A stretch of 64,000 nucleotides of DNA, from the NCBI GenBank assembly GCA_021613535.1, contig CP075494.1, positions 2,170,001 through 2,234,000 of the forward strand. Direction: 5' to 3'. Under the pieces are notes generated by a model. It worked only from the letters and a program-made list of their open reading frames with translations. It searched no databases and was not told the DNA's origin. This stretch comes from Adineta vaga. Lineage: Eukaryota > Animalia > Rotifera. This document shows positions 1 to 12,078 of the stretch, piece by piece (within the stretch, counting starts at the first letter, position 1; each line of letters opens with the position of its first letter). The position numbers were made by a program, and so were the translations under genes.

Positions 1-2
1 AT

Positions 3-26
3 ATTTGAGGATATGGGTGTGGGTGT
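3..26. repeat. Telomere-type palindromic element, left arm only
   Basis: atttgaggatatgggtgtgggtgt. Confidence 0.65.
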
Positions 27-289
27 CGATTGAATTAAAAATTTATATAGAATTCTGTTCAATGAATTTGGATATTGCCGGAATTCCGTTTTACCGTTCT
101 TATATTTTCTATCATACTGAATGCGAGAAATATGGACAAAAACAAGATTATTTCATTGATGATATATATTTTTTTATTTGACAAGCAACTTAAAATTATT
201 CTTACGATAATAAAAATGACAAGAATAAATTTTATTTACAGTTTAGCCTTTGTGTGACATAAATCTCTTTCAATCAAATAGATTTCTAT

Positions 290-1294
290 TTAGACAGTAG
301 GTAGGCGATTATTTCCTGTACGAATCATAGGAAGTTCTAATGCATGAACGATGCGTCGATGTCGAAAATAATGTACAATATTCATTGTTTTTTGTCTTAA
401 CTCGGGTAATGAGCCAATGACAACTATCGGATAAAGAAGTAATGTATAATAAGGACAATACGCTGCAAGAATAAAAACAGCATTTCCAGAATCAAATGGT
501 ATATTGCATATGAAAAGAAAGTTCATAAGTATAAATGGAAATAGGAATATTCCATAAAGAGAAGAAATACTTAAGACTTGGATTGTCATTTTTCGATATC
601 GTCTCCAATCTACTTGTCGTTGTGTTCTATGTTTTTGCCAGATAGTTCGTATTAAAAGAGTAAAACTGGATATGATAATGATGATTATAGGTGCAATAAA
701 ATGAGCGCTTATTTCATATACATAAAGAGCAGCATTTTGAAGAGCACAAGGAGTCATAAATACACCAGAAATATTTTCATATGTATTGACACATTGTGAA
801 GCAAAAAATAAGATTGTATGAAACACAATGCAATAAACAATAATAAATATTGGAGGAAAATAATGAAGAAGAATACGTTTTCGTGTAGTTGCGAGTAAAT
901 CATTGTGAAAAATGAGAATGTGCCGTTCAAATGAAACCCAGGCATAAAGCATACATTGAACAACATAAAATGTCCAATCAATAAATCCCAAAATCATATG
1001 AAATACCAGTGGAAGATAAAACGTTTCAGAAGTGCGAAAATAATGCATAATAAAAGCTATATCTGTCAATTCATAGAATAAATTAATCACAAGAAGAACA
1101 ATAATTACGTGATTGTGAAGAGCATGACGAAGGTTTCGATCATGAAAAAACCAATATAAAGCAAACAATGAACAGCCGATCGATGGAATAATTAGCAGAA
1201 GAAAGAGCGAAAATTGTATAAAATAAAATGTTGTTGTAGCAATTCCTGATAAAAGAACACCACTTTCAGTATAGTTGTCTGTACTTACAGCCAT
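290..1294 (-). CDS. Intronless class A-like 7TM GPCR (334 aa)
   Basis: Seven hydrophobic segments, DRY-like SFERH, TM7 YP motif. Confidence 0.9.
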   Translation of the reverse strand: MAVSTDNYTESGVLLSGIATTTFYFIQFSLFLLLIIPSIGCSLFALYWFFHDRNLRHALHNHVIIVLLVINLFYELTDIAFIMHYFRTSETFYLPLVFHMILGFIDWTFYVVQCMLYAWVSFERHILIFHNDLLATTRKRILLHYFPPIFIIVYCIVFHTILFFASQCVNTYENISGVFMTPCALQNAALYVYEISAHFIAPIIIIIISSFTLLIRTIWQKHRTQRQVDWRRYRKMTIQVLSISSLYGIFLFPFILMNFLFICNIPFDSGNAVFILAAYCPYYTLLLYPIVVIGSLPELRQKTMNIVHYFRHRRIVHALELPMIRTGNNRLPTV

Positions 1295-2468
1295 CGTTGA
1301 TTATGACAAAAAGATATTGACAATAATGTTTAAATTTAACAAAAAATAATTTAAAAAATCTTTGAGACAAAATCTTAGAAAAGAAGCTTGTCTTCTAATC
1401 TAAGTTAAAGTCGGATTATTTTTTCAGTTTTCTATTCTTGACATTTAATGAGATGATTTTAAAGCGAAGAAGCAAAAAATTCTGTTGATGATTAGATGGC
1501 GAATAATTTCTCTTCCATCTAAAATTTTTCATTGTCGTAAGTGAATCTATGTTAAGACGAACAGTTAATGAACGCGTTTTGAACGCATTGAATGTAGGAT
1601 CCGGTGGAACAAAGTTTTTTCGTCCCGATCCCGACGGGATTGGGACCGGGCTCCAGAAAAAAAATAGGATTGGGACAATCTCGCCGGACCCTAATTGAAC
1701 GTACGAAATCGCATTCAGGACGACGCAAACAAAGATATATCGAACTCGTTCAGAATGCACAAGAACACACAAAGAATACGTTCCAAACCGAAGCCGTAGA
1801 CAAGTCACTCTTTTTCTGCCTGGAGTAAGACGGGGGGAGGGGGGGGGAATTATTTAGTTTTTTGGCGTACTAGGCCATCAGGCGCATGTCACAGGCTAAA
1901 TGTTACTTGTGGGTGTGGTGAGATAAGCTGCCATGACCAGTTTCAGTCTTGCTCAACGATCTCATCAGATGATTAATATCTTAATTGAATTTTAAAATCT
2001 AATTTAAACCAAAAAAGTTACAAGCAAATCTTTAAAATCAAAATCCGTTCTAAATAATGTAATTTTGTTCACACATTTCAATAACATAAGAAAGATGTGT
2101 GAATTTGTATTTCATGATAACCTAAGTAATTAATTTAATATTTTGTCATGTAGACCTCATGGCACATACTTTTCATAATTTGAAGTTGAAAATTAGTGTT
2201 GTTGATAGAGAATATTAGTCTATGCAATTTATCCTGTAGACTTCAACTTGCTAAATATTTCTCTGAGACACTAGAGAGTAATTAATGAATTGTCACTAAA
2301 TTGTAAATTTCAGTAACCGTGCTAGATACAGATGATGCTCGTCCTTGGGATTCACCTGACTGTCGATTGTGTGAGGCGAGAATACTTTTTCTGAGAATTC
2401 TACCGAAATTTTGAAAAGATGATCAATGACTTGATGCGCATGAAGGTAGTGATGACACCTAAAATTTG

Positions 2469-2480
2469 ACCCACACCCTC
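2469..2480. repeat. Palindromic element, degraded right arm
   Basis: acccacaccctc. Confidence 0.45.
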
Positions 2481-3355
2481 TCCTGATTTTCAATGTTTTG
2501 CCAGATTCGTAAGGCATAAAAGAAAGCGACAACTTGTGTGATTACGGGTGACAGTCATTCACTAACTTTAAAGATAGTGAAGATATGTCTAATTCATAGA
2601 ATTAACTTCGTTATCTTTTACCTGTATTGATCTGCAATGTTCATTGCAAGTCAGTTTCCAGTTTTAAAATCGAGCAATAAACTATTGATGTCGAAATGAA
2701 AATGATAACGAACGGTTAACCGAATTGTAGAACTGCATAATTATTTAATAAATAATCAAGACTTATCAAAGAAAATTTTTCTTGTCAGAAGACATGAACC
2801 GATCAATTGTGTAGTTTTTCTCTGTTTCTTTCGCAATCTATTCACTGTTTCGGTGAGACGAAGTGTGTTGCTGGTAATTTTATTATCTGGGAGAAAACTG
2901 TCTGATACACATTTAATTAGTCAGATTTTGTAGAAACATCTCTCGATTGTCTCATGATTTTCTAGAAAAAATGTGCTCTTTTCCAGAGTTTATTTCCGTT
3001 GAAATTTCACATGTGTTTTGCTGGTGTTTTTTAAATTTTACCTGTCTGGCTGATTTCTAAAGTTTGAATTTAGTGACCCTGGTTTTGTTATTTTTATAAT
3101 TTTTTGTCGAGTAAAGCGCTATTGCTCCTTCTTCCTCAAGAATTAACTTTATGTTAAGATTTGTTTTTAAAATCTTCATTTGTATTCGAACTCGAATTGA
3201 ACATCTACTCGCTCCTTAAGATTATGCTAGCCTCCTAGTCAAATAATAAAGAAGTAAGAAAAAAAGAAGAATATCACATAAATAAGTTTTCTTTATTGAT
3301 AAGATAAATGAAATATAAAACATGCAACGAATTCACATTTATTTCTTCTTTATTA

Positions 3356-5490
3356 TTATTCAAATGATTTATTGACATAGTTAAATTGTTGAATTTTCCG
3401 TGGATGTTCTCGTCTTTTCATTGGTTTTCTTCTTTGTCTTTGAATTCTTTCTAATTCATTTCGTATTAAATCAATACCAAAACAATATTTTAGCACATCC
3501 ATTAGAATGACAAACAAACAAACACATCCAATTATAATATAACCTGTATAACCAATTGCTTGGGATACAGTCAAACGTACATATAATATTCGTGAAAGAA
3601 CTTCACAATATTTACCAGAATAACTTTTACTCAAACATTCACATTTATATCCATGTAACAATGGTCGACATACACCACCATTGCAACATGTTACATTCTT
3701 ACAATAATTCTTTTTTCTTTCACAATGATCACCAATCCATCCTGATTCACATAGACATTGAAAAGTTGAATTCGATGTTTCATTGCATTGACCTAAACAA
3801 ACAAATATTTCTTTATCTATCAATTATATTATCAAAAATAAAACCATTATTTAAACATGTATTTGATTGACAAGATCGATAATCATTTTCACACATTGAA
3901 CCATTGAAACCTTGTAGACATAAACAATTATAACTATTAAGAATGGTATTATTATCAAAACAAGTGCCATTATTTTGACATGGTTTCATCATTTGACACG
4001 ATGTTGATGAGATATTACAATAGAAACCAATTTTATTTTGTGTACAAGATGATGCAACAAAGTTTAATGAAGGTGAAGATAGTTGATCTTAAAAAATAGA
4101 TAAGATATTAATAAAAGAAGAAGTTTTATAGAAATACACTTGTTTTACTTGATAAAACTGTTGATAACATAGAAATCGATGTATTTTCCACTAAAATTTG
4201 ATTTCAAACTATTTATTATATGATGAAAAGAAATCAAATGATACCTTTCAATATTGAAGTTGAAACCGATAGTTGTGTTGTATATGTATCTATAGGAAAT
4301 ATTCAATAATTTTCAAGTTATTCTATACTTTTCGGATTCTTCGATATTTACCACATGAATTTGTTGATAAAAGGAATTTTAGAACTTGATTTTGTCGTGC
4401 ATCAGTTACATATATATTACCATAAGTATCAAAAGCCATTCGGCGCGGATCTAAGAATATATTCGATGATGAACCACATCCAATAATGCATCGAAAACCA
4501 TTCTGACTTGATCTGATAATTTTTTTACCATTATTATCGACAATAAATATATAATTATCACCATCTAACACAACATCACTGGGTCCATCGAGTTTAATTG
4601 TAGTATTTGATGATGTCTGACCTGCAATTGTTATTCCATTTCGTTGTCCTGGTCGAAACATTTGGATACGTCGATTACTATAATCAGCTACATATAAATT
4701 AAAGTTCATATCAACAAAAATTCCACGTGGAATATTAAGTTTATCTAAAGTAGAACCACCAGTACCGGTTCCAGCGACAAGTATTGATGATGTTCCATTA
4801 TCACCTAACCATCGTTTCATCACTTTATCTTTTGTATAGATAGAACAGTATAAAGTATCATTAATATCAATAAAAAGACCAGAACAAAAATCGTCAACTT
4901 GCATTACAGAAGTAGAAGCACTTGAACCTAATATTCGTTTCTCAACTCTTCCCTGGTTACCATTATCAACATATATATCACCATTTGTTGTGACAAAGAT
5001 AGAGATTGGCGAGATCAAATTGTTAGATATTACATTGGTTGGACTACTTGAATTGTTAAGCCAAATAAAAACATTATTGTTTACTTTATCAGTAACATAA
5101 ATTGAATTATTTGTGCTAAGAAATAAACCAACAGGTTCACTAAATGATATACTATTCCCAATAGTAATTCCATTTGTATTCCAAGTAGTACATTCATCAA
5201 ACTTTGGTTGATTATAAGAAATAGCTAATTTTTATATTGAAAAAGAAAATCACAATAAAATTTCGAAACTGACATTCATACGATTTTAACGTACTTATCG
5301 AAGAACTTGTTATTGTATTAACAGTCTGTACACATAGAACTGAAAAGAAACATAAACTTCTTTCTTCTTTTCATTGATGTAAAAATTCTTATGAAGAATG
5401 TAAAAATATCATTCAATAGATTAAATATCTACCTAAGATTGATATGTTGATAAACAAAAATGTGCATAAATTGAACTTTTTAAATAACAT
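3356..5490 (-). CDS. Type I membrane protein: signal peptide, NHL repeats, EGF-like repeats, TM
   Basis: ATG 5490 (MLFKKFNLCTFLFINISIL). GT-AG exons ~5490-5433, ~5339-5293, ~5224-4352, ~4288-4245, ~4190-4149, ~4088-3845, ~3792-3356. NHL motifs (PRGIFVD..LYVADYSNRRIQ), EGF (CLCESGWIGDHC), TM. Confidence 0.8.
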
Positions 5491-5817
5491 TCTTTTGATC
5501 GGATCGATGAGAAAGTTCTTATTGATTGTTCTATATAATTGTTAGAAATGCAAAGAAAACCAATATCATTTCTTCTTTTTTCTATTTGCTCGTTTTTCTC
5601 CTGATTTGTTTGTCCATTTTTTCATTTTATTTAACATAAGCATGACTTTATAGCTACATACATTTCTGAAAAGTTCCAATGAAAAAATTATTTTCCTGAC
5701 TTTTTTTGTCAATTTAAATAAAGAACAAGTAAAAGAGTCTATAATTTTACTTGATCTCATTCGTTGATAAAGTTTAGCAGATGTAACTGGTGTGAGATTC
5801 ATGTGTAAATATACTAT

Positions 5818-5832
5818 ACCCACACCCTCAAT
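5818..5832. repeat. Palindromic element, right arm
   Basis: acccacaccctcaat. Confidence 0.65.
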
Positions 5833-5871
5833 CATTCAATTGGTTCTTTCTCGAAATTATTTTTCGCGTTA

Positions 5872-5940
5872 ATCAGAGTTTATGGGTGTGGATGGAGACA
5901 GACGACTACTTCACCCACACCCACACTACACCCTCTATCT
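5872..5940. repeat. Palindromic element
   Basis: tatgggtgtggatg..cacccacacccacactacaccctctat. Confidence 0.85.
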
Positions 5941-6136
5941 AAATATCTCTTAGTTTTAAACATTCTCTCATGCACATTATTATAATTTGAAATAAATTTT
6001 ATTTTCAACAAATACATGTAAACGACAAAGAACAATACATACAATATCAAACGTTTCAAGTCTATTAAGTTGATTAAATACGAGTGTCTTCTTCTGGTAT
6101 AATGCTTGACGATATGTTGTATAGTTGTAGAAACAA

Positions 6137-7065
6137 TCATTTAGTTGTTTGTCCTCTTAATTTTTGATAAGTATTTATAATTAATTGTTTCAAATCTCGA
6201 CGAACTGATTTTGATACAATTAAATAAGTATAAAAAGATGCAGCCCCATTGGCAAAAAACAAAACATATGCAATAGTAAATGTAAAACTTTCAATTTGTG
6301 ATAGTATTGAACACTTTTATTTGATATTATAGATGAACTAATCATCATTTCTAAAAGCATTAAGGCAACTGGAGTTGCTGTAATAACATAGACAAATACT
6401 TCAGATATGACAATAATTAACAAATCTCGATCTCGTCGTTGAATAGGAACATTTTTTCCACCTGGTGAATTAGTTGCAAGTGGTTGAACACGAACATGAC
6501 TTTGTGTCATATTACGATAAGTTAAATATCCAAAAATACACAATATAATAGGTGGAATTAAAGCAGTAAATATCATTATATAAACAGTATAAATTGTTGA
6601 ATAGATACTGAATGGATTACATCGTCCATTGACAATTGTGATCATTATTGGAATATGAATAGCTAATAATGACCAAAAAAGAATAGAAAAAAAAATAAGT
6701 CATTTTGCTCGTTTAGGTGTACTGAATGCTCGAATAGATGCACGATTATTTGTAATGATAAAACGATCAATACATGCGAATACAAGCATTGTTTTAGCTA
6801 TTTGTCCAAGATCATTCGATAAATAAGAACGTATTTTACATAAAGCAAATGCACCGATTGTTGCATTACCATAATTAAAAGAAAATAGTTGAAAAATACT
6901 ATTCATAATTGCTGAACATATTAAGTATATTGAACATGCGTTTTGACGACGTTGACTAAAAAGTATAACAATTAACACATTACCAAGATTTTCCAAAATC
7001 ATACAAATTGAATATCCATAAAAATTGAGTTGACTTTGAATAGTTGTCAAAGTTGATGATGACAT
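6137..7065 (-). pseudogene. 7TM GPCR pseudogene
   Basis: ACIDRF motif. In-frame TGA at 6700-6702 where W is expected. Frameshift near 6300, after which another frame reads QIESFTFTIAYVLFFANGAASFYTYL..KSVRRDLK. Confidence 0.85.
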
Positions 7066-8027
7066 TTCTACTTTGCTAATGATTGTAAAAGTATACTAGA
7101 AATGTGAGTATAGAACTAAAGAATTTATTGGATACTGTTACATACAGAACATATGGTACTCTGTTCAAAAACAGATACTTCAATAACACAAAATCTTATT
7201 ATTACTTTCTACTGCTACTATCTTTTCAGTATTCTCTACTTTTTTTTATTCTTCTTTTATAATTACTTTTTCTAAGCATCTTTGAAAAAACGATAGCTTA
7301 TGTTTCTTCAACCTTCGTATAGTTCGAGTTTATTGGCTTTAAGACAATAATCCTTAATCTATAAAGATTTATTAAAGTTGTTTTTAACGATATAAAGAAT
7401 GGATGGAAAAATATCGAAAACAAAAATAATACAAGTGAAGATGGATAGAAATGCTGAAAACGAGGTTATATTGAAGTATAAATCTCCCTCATCTTCAATC
7501 TTACATGTTCATCTTTACCTCATATGCTTGTTTTCGATCTTTTTCCTTTCTGGCTTTTTCTATCATATCCAATTTGCTATAAATTCTTGAGTGGACATTT
7601 TCTTTTGAAATTTTTTTTATTCTAGGTTCTGACTGTTTTTATATATTTAGTTATTTTACAATCAATGTCAGTTTGACACAGATTCTGTATATAGTTTTCA
7701 TAAAGATAATCGTGACGTCAATCCGGTTCTGGTAATAAACTTTTTTTTGCTGCAAGACCTTGTATTTTGTATTGACCCTTAAAAGCCGAAAGGTGCCTTC
7801 CAAGGGGCATTGCATTAATCGCTATAGAATAAAGGAATGAAAGTTACTGTTTTTCGGAACAAACACAGTCGAACTGAAAATACGATGGAAGAAAAATGTA
7901 CTAAAACAGTTATCAAAACGTTTTAAAGCACGATTTGTTACTCGGATGCTTCTATCTTCTGATGGATACAATATAGATTTTGAGCTATACCATTAGATGG
8001 ACATTTTTAGACGTAGTAACCAGGATT

Positions 8028-8080
8028 ATTGAGGGTGTGGATGAAGACTGAACACCCGCACCCACACCCACCCTCGAGAT
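8028..8080. repeat. Palindromic element
   Basis: attgagggtgtggatg..cacccacacccaccctcgagat. Confidence 0.9.
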
Positions 8081-8347
8081 GACGAAAGCATCTCTTCTAA
8101 TCCAAAACATTCTGAAATTCAAATAGTCATTTCTCGAAACACACATATGGTAGATAGTTATGTAATAGAAAGAAAGTGTAGCGTATATGATTATAAGGAA
8201 AAATATTTAGTATGGAATATCATATTCTTGTTGATTGATATAATATATTTAACAAAACAAACAACAAAATTAGATTTGAAATGAAATTTCATTCTTGGAC
8301 GAAAAGCTTGGTCAACATATAGAGTTAAAAGGTATAGTATTAAATAA

Positions 8348-9319
8348 CTATTTACATAAGAAAATGTTCTTTACTTCTTTTCGAAATGTTTTTAATACGA
8401 TGAATTTACTGTATAATCCAATACAATATGGTATATAACTAAAAAATATACATATGTATTGAATTGAAAAATTTGCTAGTGTTTGATCATAACTTTTCAT
8501 ATCATACTGAGTAATTTGTTGATATAATCTCGATGCTGTTAATGGATACGTACATAGAACAAAAATTCCAATATCAATCAAAATAATACGAATTAGTTGA
8601 CGATCTTTCGCATGAACTGACAGTAAACTGCGATGATTTCCAGAGACTATTCCAGATAATTGAGGAATAATTCTATTGGAATTTAATTTTCGAACATTTC
8701 TTATTGCAAAAACACCTAAACCTGTCAAAACCGATGGAATAATGATACTTTTCACCAATGTATAATAATTTATAACGGTAAGATATGTAAAAGATGATGA
8801 ATAACAAAGTGCAAAATTGGATCCAAATCTAATAACAGACATGAAGATTAATGTATGAATATGAAGTAAGAACCATACTAATGTAACACAAATAATACTG
8901 ATATAAGCGAGACGACAAGTACTTCGTTGTCTTGTTAAAGCATTTTGTGATGTAACTAAAATTCGATCGATAGATGCCAACATTAAACAACTCGGACTTA
9001 GAGCATCTAACACATATGTCATATACATAGAAAATCGACAAAGATCTAATGTATTTGCAATATATGACATGTTATAACCATAAGATAAGACAGATGGTAA
9101 TATAATTGTAATAATATATGTAAAATTAAAAATTTGAAATGCTATCATATAGATTGAACATGGATTTTTGCGAAGTGTTTTTTTATTGAATATGATCGAA
9201 CAAAGTATACAACTGATAGAACCTAAAGCTATAATAATTGGTCCACCATATTGAAATAGATATTTTTGTGTTTGTAGTAAAGACGATGTAAGCGAGCTGA
9301 CTGCAAATGGTGAAGACAT
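8348..9319 (-). CDS. Intronless 7TM GPCR (323 aa)
   Basis: LRKNPCSIY, ASIDR motifs; 7 TM; C-terminal KTFRKEV. Confidence 0.9.
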   Translation of the reverse strand: MSSPFAVSSLTSSLLQTQKYLFQYGGPIIIALGSISCILCSIIFNKKTLRKNPCSIYMIAFQIFNFTYIITIILPSVLSYGYNMSYIANTLDLCRFSMYMTYVLDALSPSCLMLASIDRILVTSQNALTRQRSTCRLAYISIICVTLVWFLLHIHTLIFMSVIRFGSNFALCYSSSFTYLTVINYYTLVKSIIIPSVLTGLGVFAIRNVRKLNSNRIIPQLSGIVSGNHRSLLSVHAKDRQLIRIILIDIGIFVLCTYPLTASRLYQQITQYDMKSYDQTLANFSIQYICIFFSYIPYCIGLYSKFIVLKTFRKEVKNIFLCK

Positions 9320-10131
9320 GGTTAAGATTATAAAATGAATAAAGAATAGAAAATGAATTATATATTTATCTGCACATTTCTAATTTGCTCTCTATATATT
9401 TTTGACATATCTGGACAAATGTAGGTTAGGTCATATCCTTTATATTTACCACATAATTAACTTTCGATTCTCTTTGCATTTTTATGAGTATATTTTATAA
9501 TCATGCTGTGACAATGACGTATGTATACTGCAATTGACATCTAGTCTTAAACATTACTTTGAATATGAAATAAATGATTGAATACACAATAATCAACAAG
9601 TAACGCTTATCCTAAGTCGATTCATTCGGTCCTAGAATCTCGTTTGTGTTGAAAATTTGTCTGTAAGAGTTTGGGAAGGGGATAGAATCTTCAATTGAAA
9701 CTTACAGTCACTTTGTACCGTATTATCGACAAAATCAATTGAATTTTCATTTTTAGACACTATATATCTTTTCACTCTAGAGAACAAGATGATTCTGCTT
9801 TAAGTGAATGCGTAACTTCGAATTTCATTTTATTTCATTTATTTTACATATTGAAAGAAACGATAATTAAGGAAAAGAAAATAACGTGAATAAAATGTCT
9901 GTTTGAAAACAAATAATTATATCTGGAGAAGAACTCGGTGACATATAACAATCAAAAACATTCTTGAAATAATCTTGTTTTTATCAGGTACCTTATCTAA
10001 ATCGACCAAAGATAGCGCCGATTTTACATGTAAGTTTCATAGCTGAAATTCTATTCGAAAAATCGGCTGTTGGCGAACATTCCATACATAGAATGATACC
10101 AACTGTATCTATTAAACTTTTATATTGACCA

Positions 10132-10199
10132 ATATTGAGGGTATGGATGGATGGATAGAGACACTGACTTGAACGAATCCTCGCCCACACCCTCAAGAT
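10132..10199. repeat. Palindromic element
   Basis: atattgagggtatgg..cccacaccctcaagat. Confidence 0.9.
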
Positions 10200-10339
10200 T
10201 ATCAACATTTCGTCGTATTTTTTACTCTCAGTCAAATAAAACGCATCTATCGTCAAAGAACAAGAGAAAAATAATGTTTCTTTTTTATATCAATAAAAGG
10301 ATAAACGACATAAAACAGTTGAGGAGAATGTTCTGTTAA

Positions 10340-11460
10340 TACTTAACCATAATAATAATTAACATCGGTGTTATTGATTTAATCTTTTAATTTCCAATAT
10401 TTTCTTTTGTCTATTCTCCGATGAATCATCAACTTGAAATACTGTACCTTTTTTCAATTGGAGACAAACTTGTATGAAATTTGTCCATGAAGAAAAATCA
10501 ATTGTTAATTTTATAGGATATAATAAATCCAATGAATGACGTTTGACATCGAGTAAAAAATTTTGAATTGAATTATTTGTTGAATACTCCGATGCATATG
10601 TATTACCATCATCAAATAAATCTGCACAAGAAATTTCTAATCGATTAATTCATTTTAAAGAAGAATTCCATAGTCTTTGAAATAACCTAAGACATAAATG
10701 TTATAATCAAATTTAAGAGAGAGACGACGTAGTTTTGGAAAATGTATTGGCAATTCATCAGAAAGATTTTGAAGATGTAAAGAGTTTCGGATGAAGTTTT
10801 CAAATCATATTATTAAAAACTTCATTATTACGCGATGATAATATACATGTACTTTTACTTGATCTTTGTGAAGTTTATGCAGAATCTGTGGAGTAAATAC
10901 ATTAATTATATCACTTAAAGGTAAATATTTTAAAATTATTCCAATTCGACTATAAAGAAATGAATATAAAAACAAGAATATTAGAAAATAATTATGATAC
11001 ATACTAAAACTCTTTCATTCTGATTGAATTCTTTTTTAAATATCTTATGGAAAATCATTTACCTAGTTTTATTAGTTTCTAATGTAATATCCCATGCCCA
11101 AATAACGTTATTTTCAAATAAATATTCGATAATATGCGATGTACAAAATATATGTGAACAGAATGGAATAGTGAATATACTTTTGTCATTATGAGTATAA
11201 ATGAGACGAGGAAGACGCTATATAATAAATAAGAAAAATTCTAAACATACTTCATGAATATCTAATGAATTAAAAGCTGTATGAAATGCTTCGGCAAGAA
11301 AATCGGAATAAAATTATGGACATTCATGATAACGTCATTGGAAACATATACTAAACAATTCTTTACCCATATTTTCATTGGTATTTTCGTCAGGAACTTG
11401 AAATAGAACTGTAGTAAATGAATAAATATATTTAAGATAACATGCAAAGTGGAAGATGAC
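10340..11460 (-). pseudogene. Degraded gene with FAF1-like UAS domain followed by F-box/LRR-like region
   Basis: Spliced exon ~11217-11063 translates RLPRLIYTHNDKSIFTIPFCSHIFCTSHIIEYLFENNVIWAWDITLETNKT (UAS-like). Upstream exon has in-frame stops; downstream part is fragmented. Confidence 0.6.
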
Positions 11461-11744
11461 TATGAATATTTTCATCTTCACAATTATCATTATCATCATC
11501 ACTAATTTTCACATCATTATCTTATGAAAATAAATCACTTTGTCAAAAATAAAATCGATAAAAAATACATAGTCTTCTTTGTCACTTGTCATTATATCGA
11601 AAAATTTGTTGTGAAGAAAAAAAAAATTCATTCTTGTTTTTCTTTCAAGATCAGAATTTTAATCATATGAAAGTATTAAAATAAATTGACAAAGAAACAA
11701 TCTCGCAGAAAACAAAGTTTTCTTCTCATTTATAAAAAGAATAT

Positions 11745-11808
11745 TAATCTTGAGGAATGGATGTGAGTGTAATCGACGACTATAATGACACCCACACCCT
11801 CAAGATTA
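11745..11808. repeat. Palindromic element
   Basis: taatcttgagg..cacccacaccctcaagatta (11-bp perfect ends). Confidence 0.9.
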
Positions 11809-12078
11809 TTTATTTAATAAGCACATTATGTATACTTGAAATTTAATTTCGACAAAAGATTGGTTACTGAAAAGCAAAAGTTGAGATCAGTAGATTGAAC
11901 TTGTCTTCTTCTTCAAGAGATAGACCGGTCTGTTTATCAATTGATTTATGAATAAAGAGTGATTTTAAATTTATTTGAAAGGATAAGGAGAATGCAGATA
12001 AGGAATGGTTAAATCGTGTAGGAAAAAAAAGTACATTTGAAATCTAGGAGAACGTGGAATAAACGATCAGACTCTTAT

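Noticed and set aside
1416-1828. GC-richer ORFs with a cccgatcccg hairpin
   Set aside because: No protein motif; probably a transposon-end remnant, but the boundaries cannot be defined
1907-1920. Isolated tgtgggtgtggtg and similar weak matches (51031, 52500, 55205, 59195)
   Set aside because: Too short or degraded to count as elements
6700-6702. TGA read as Trp (alternative genetic code or readthrough)
   Set aside because: Other genes use TGG for Trp and TGA as stop, and this gene also has a frameshift
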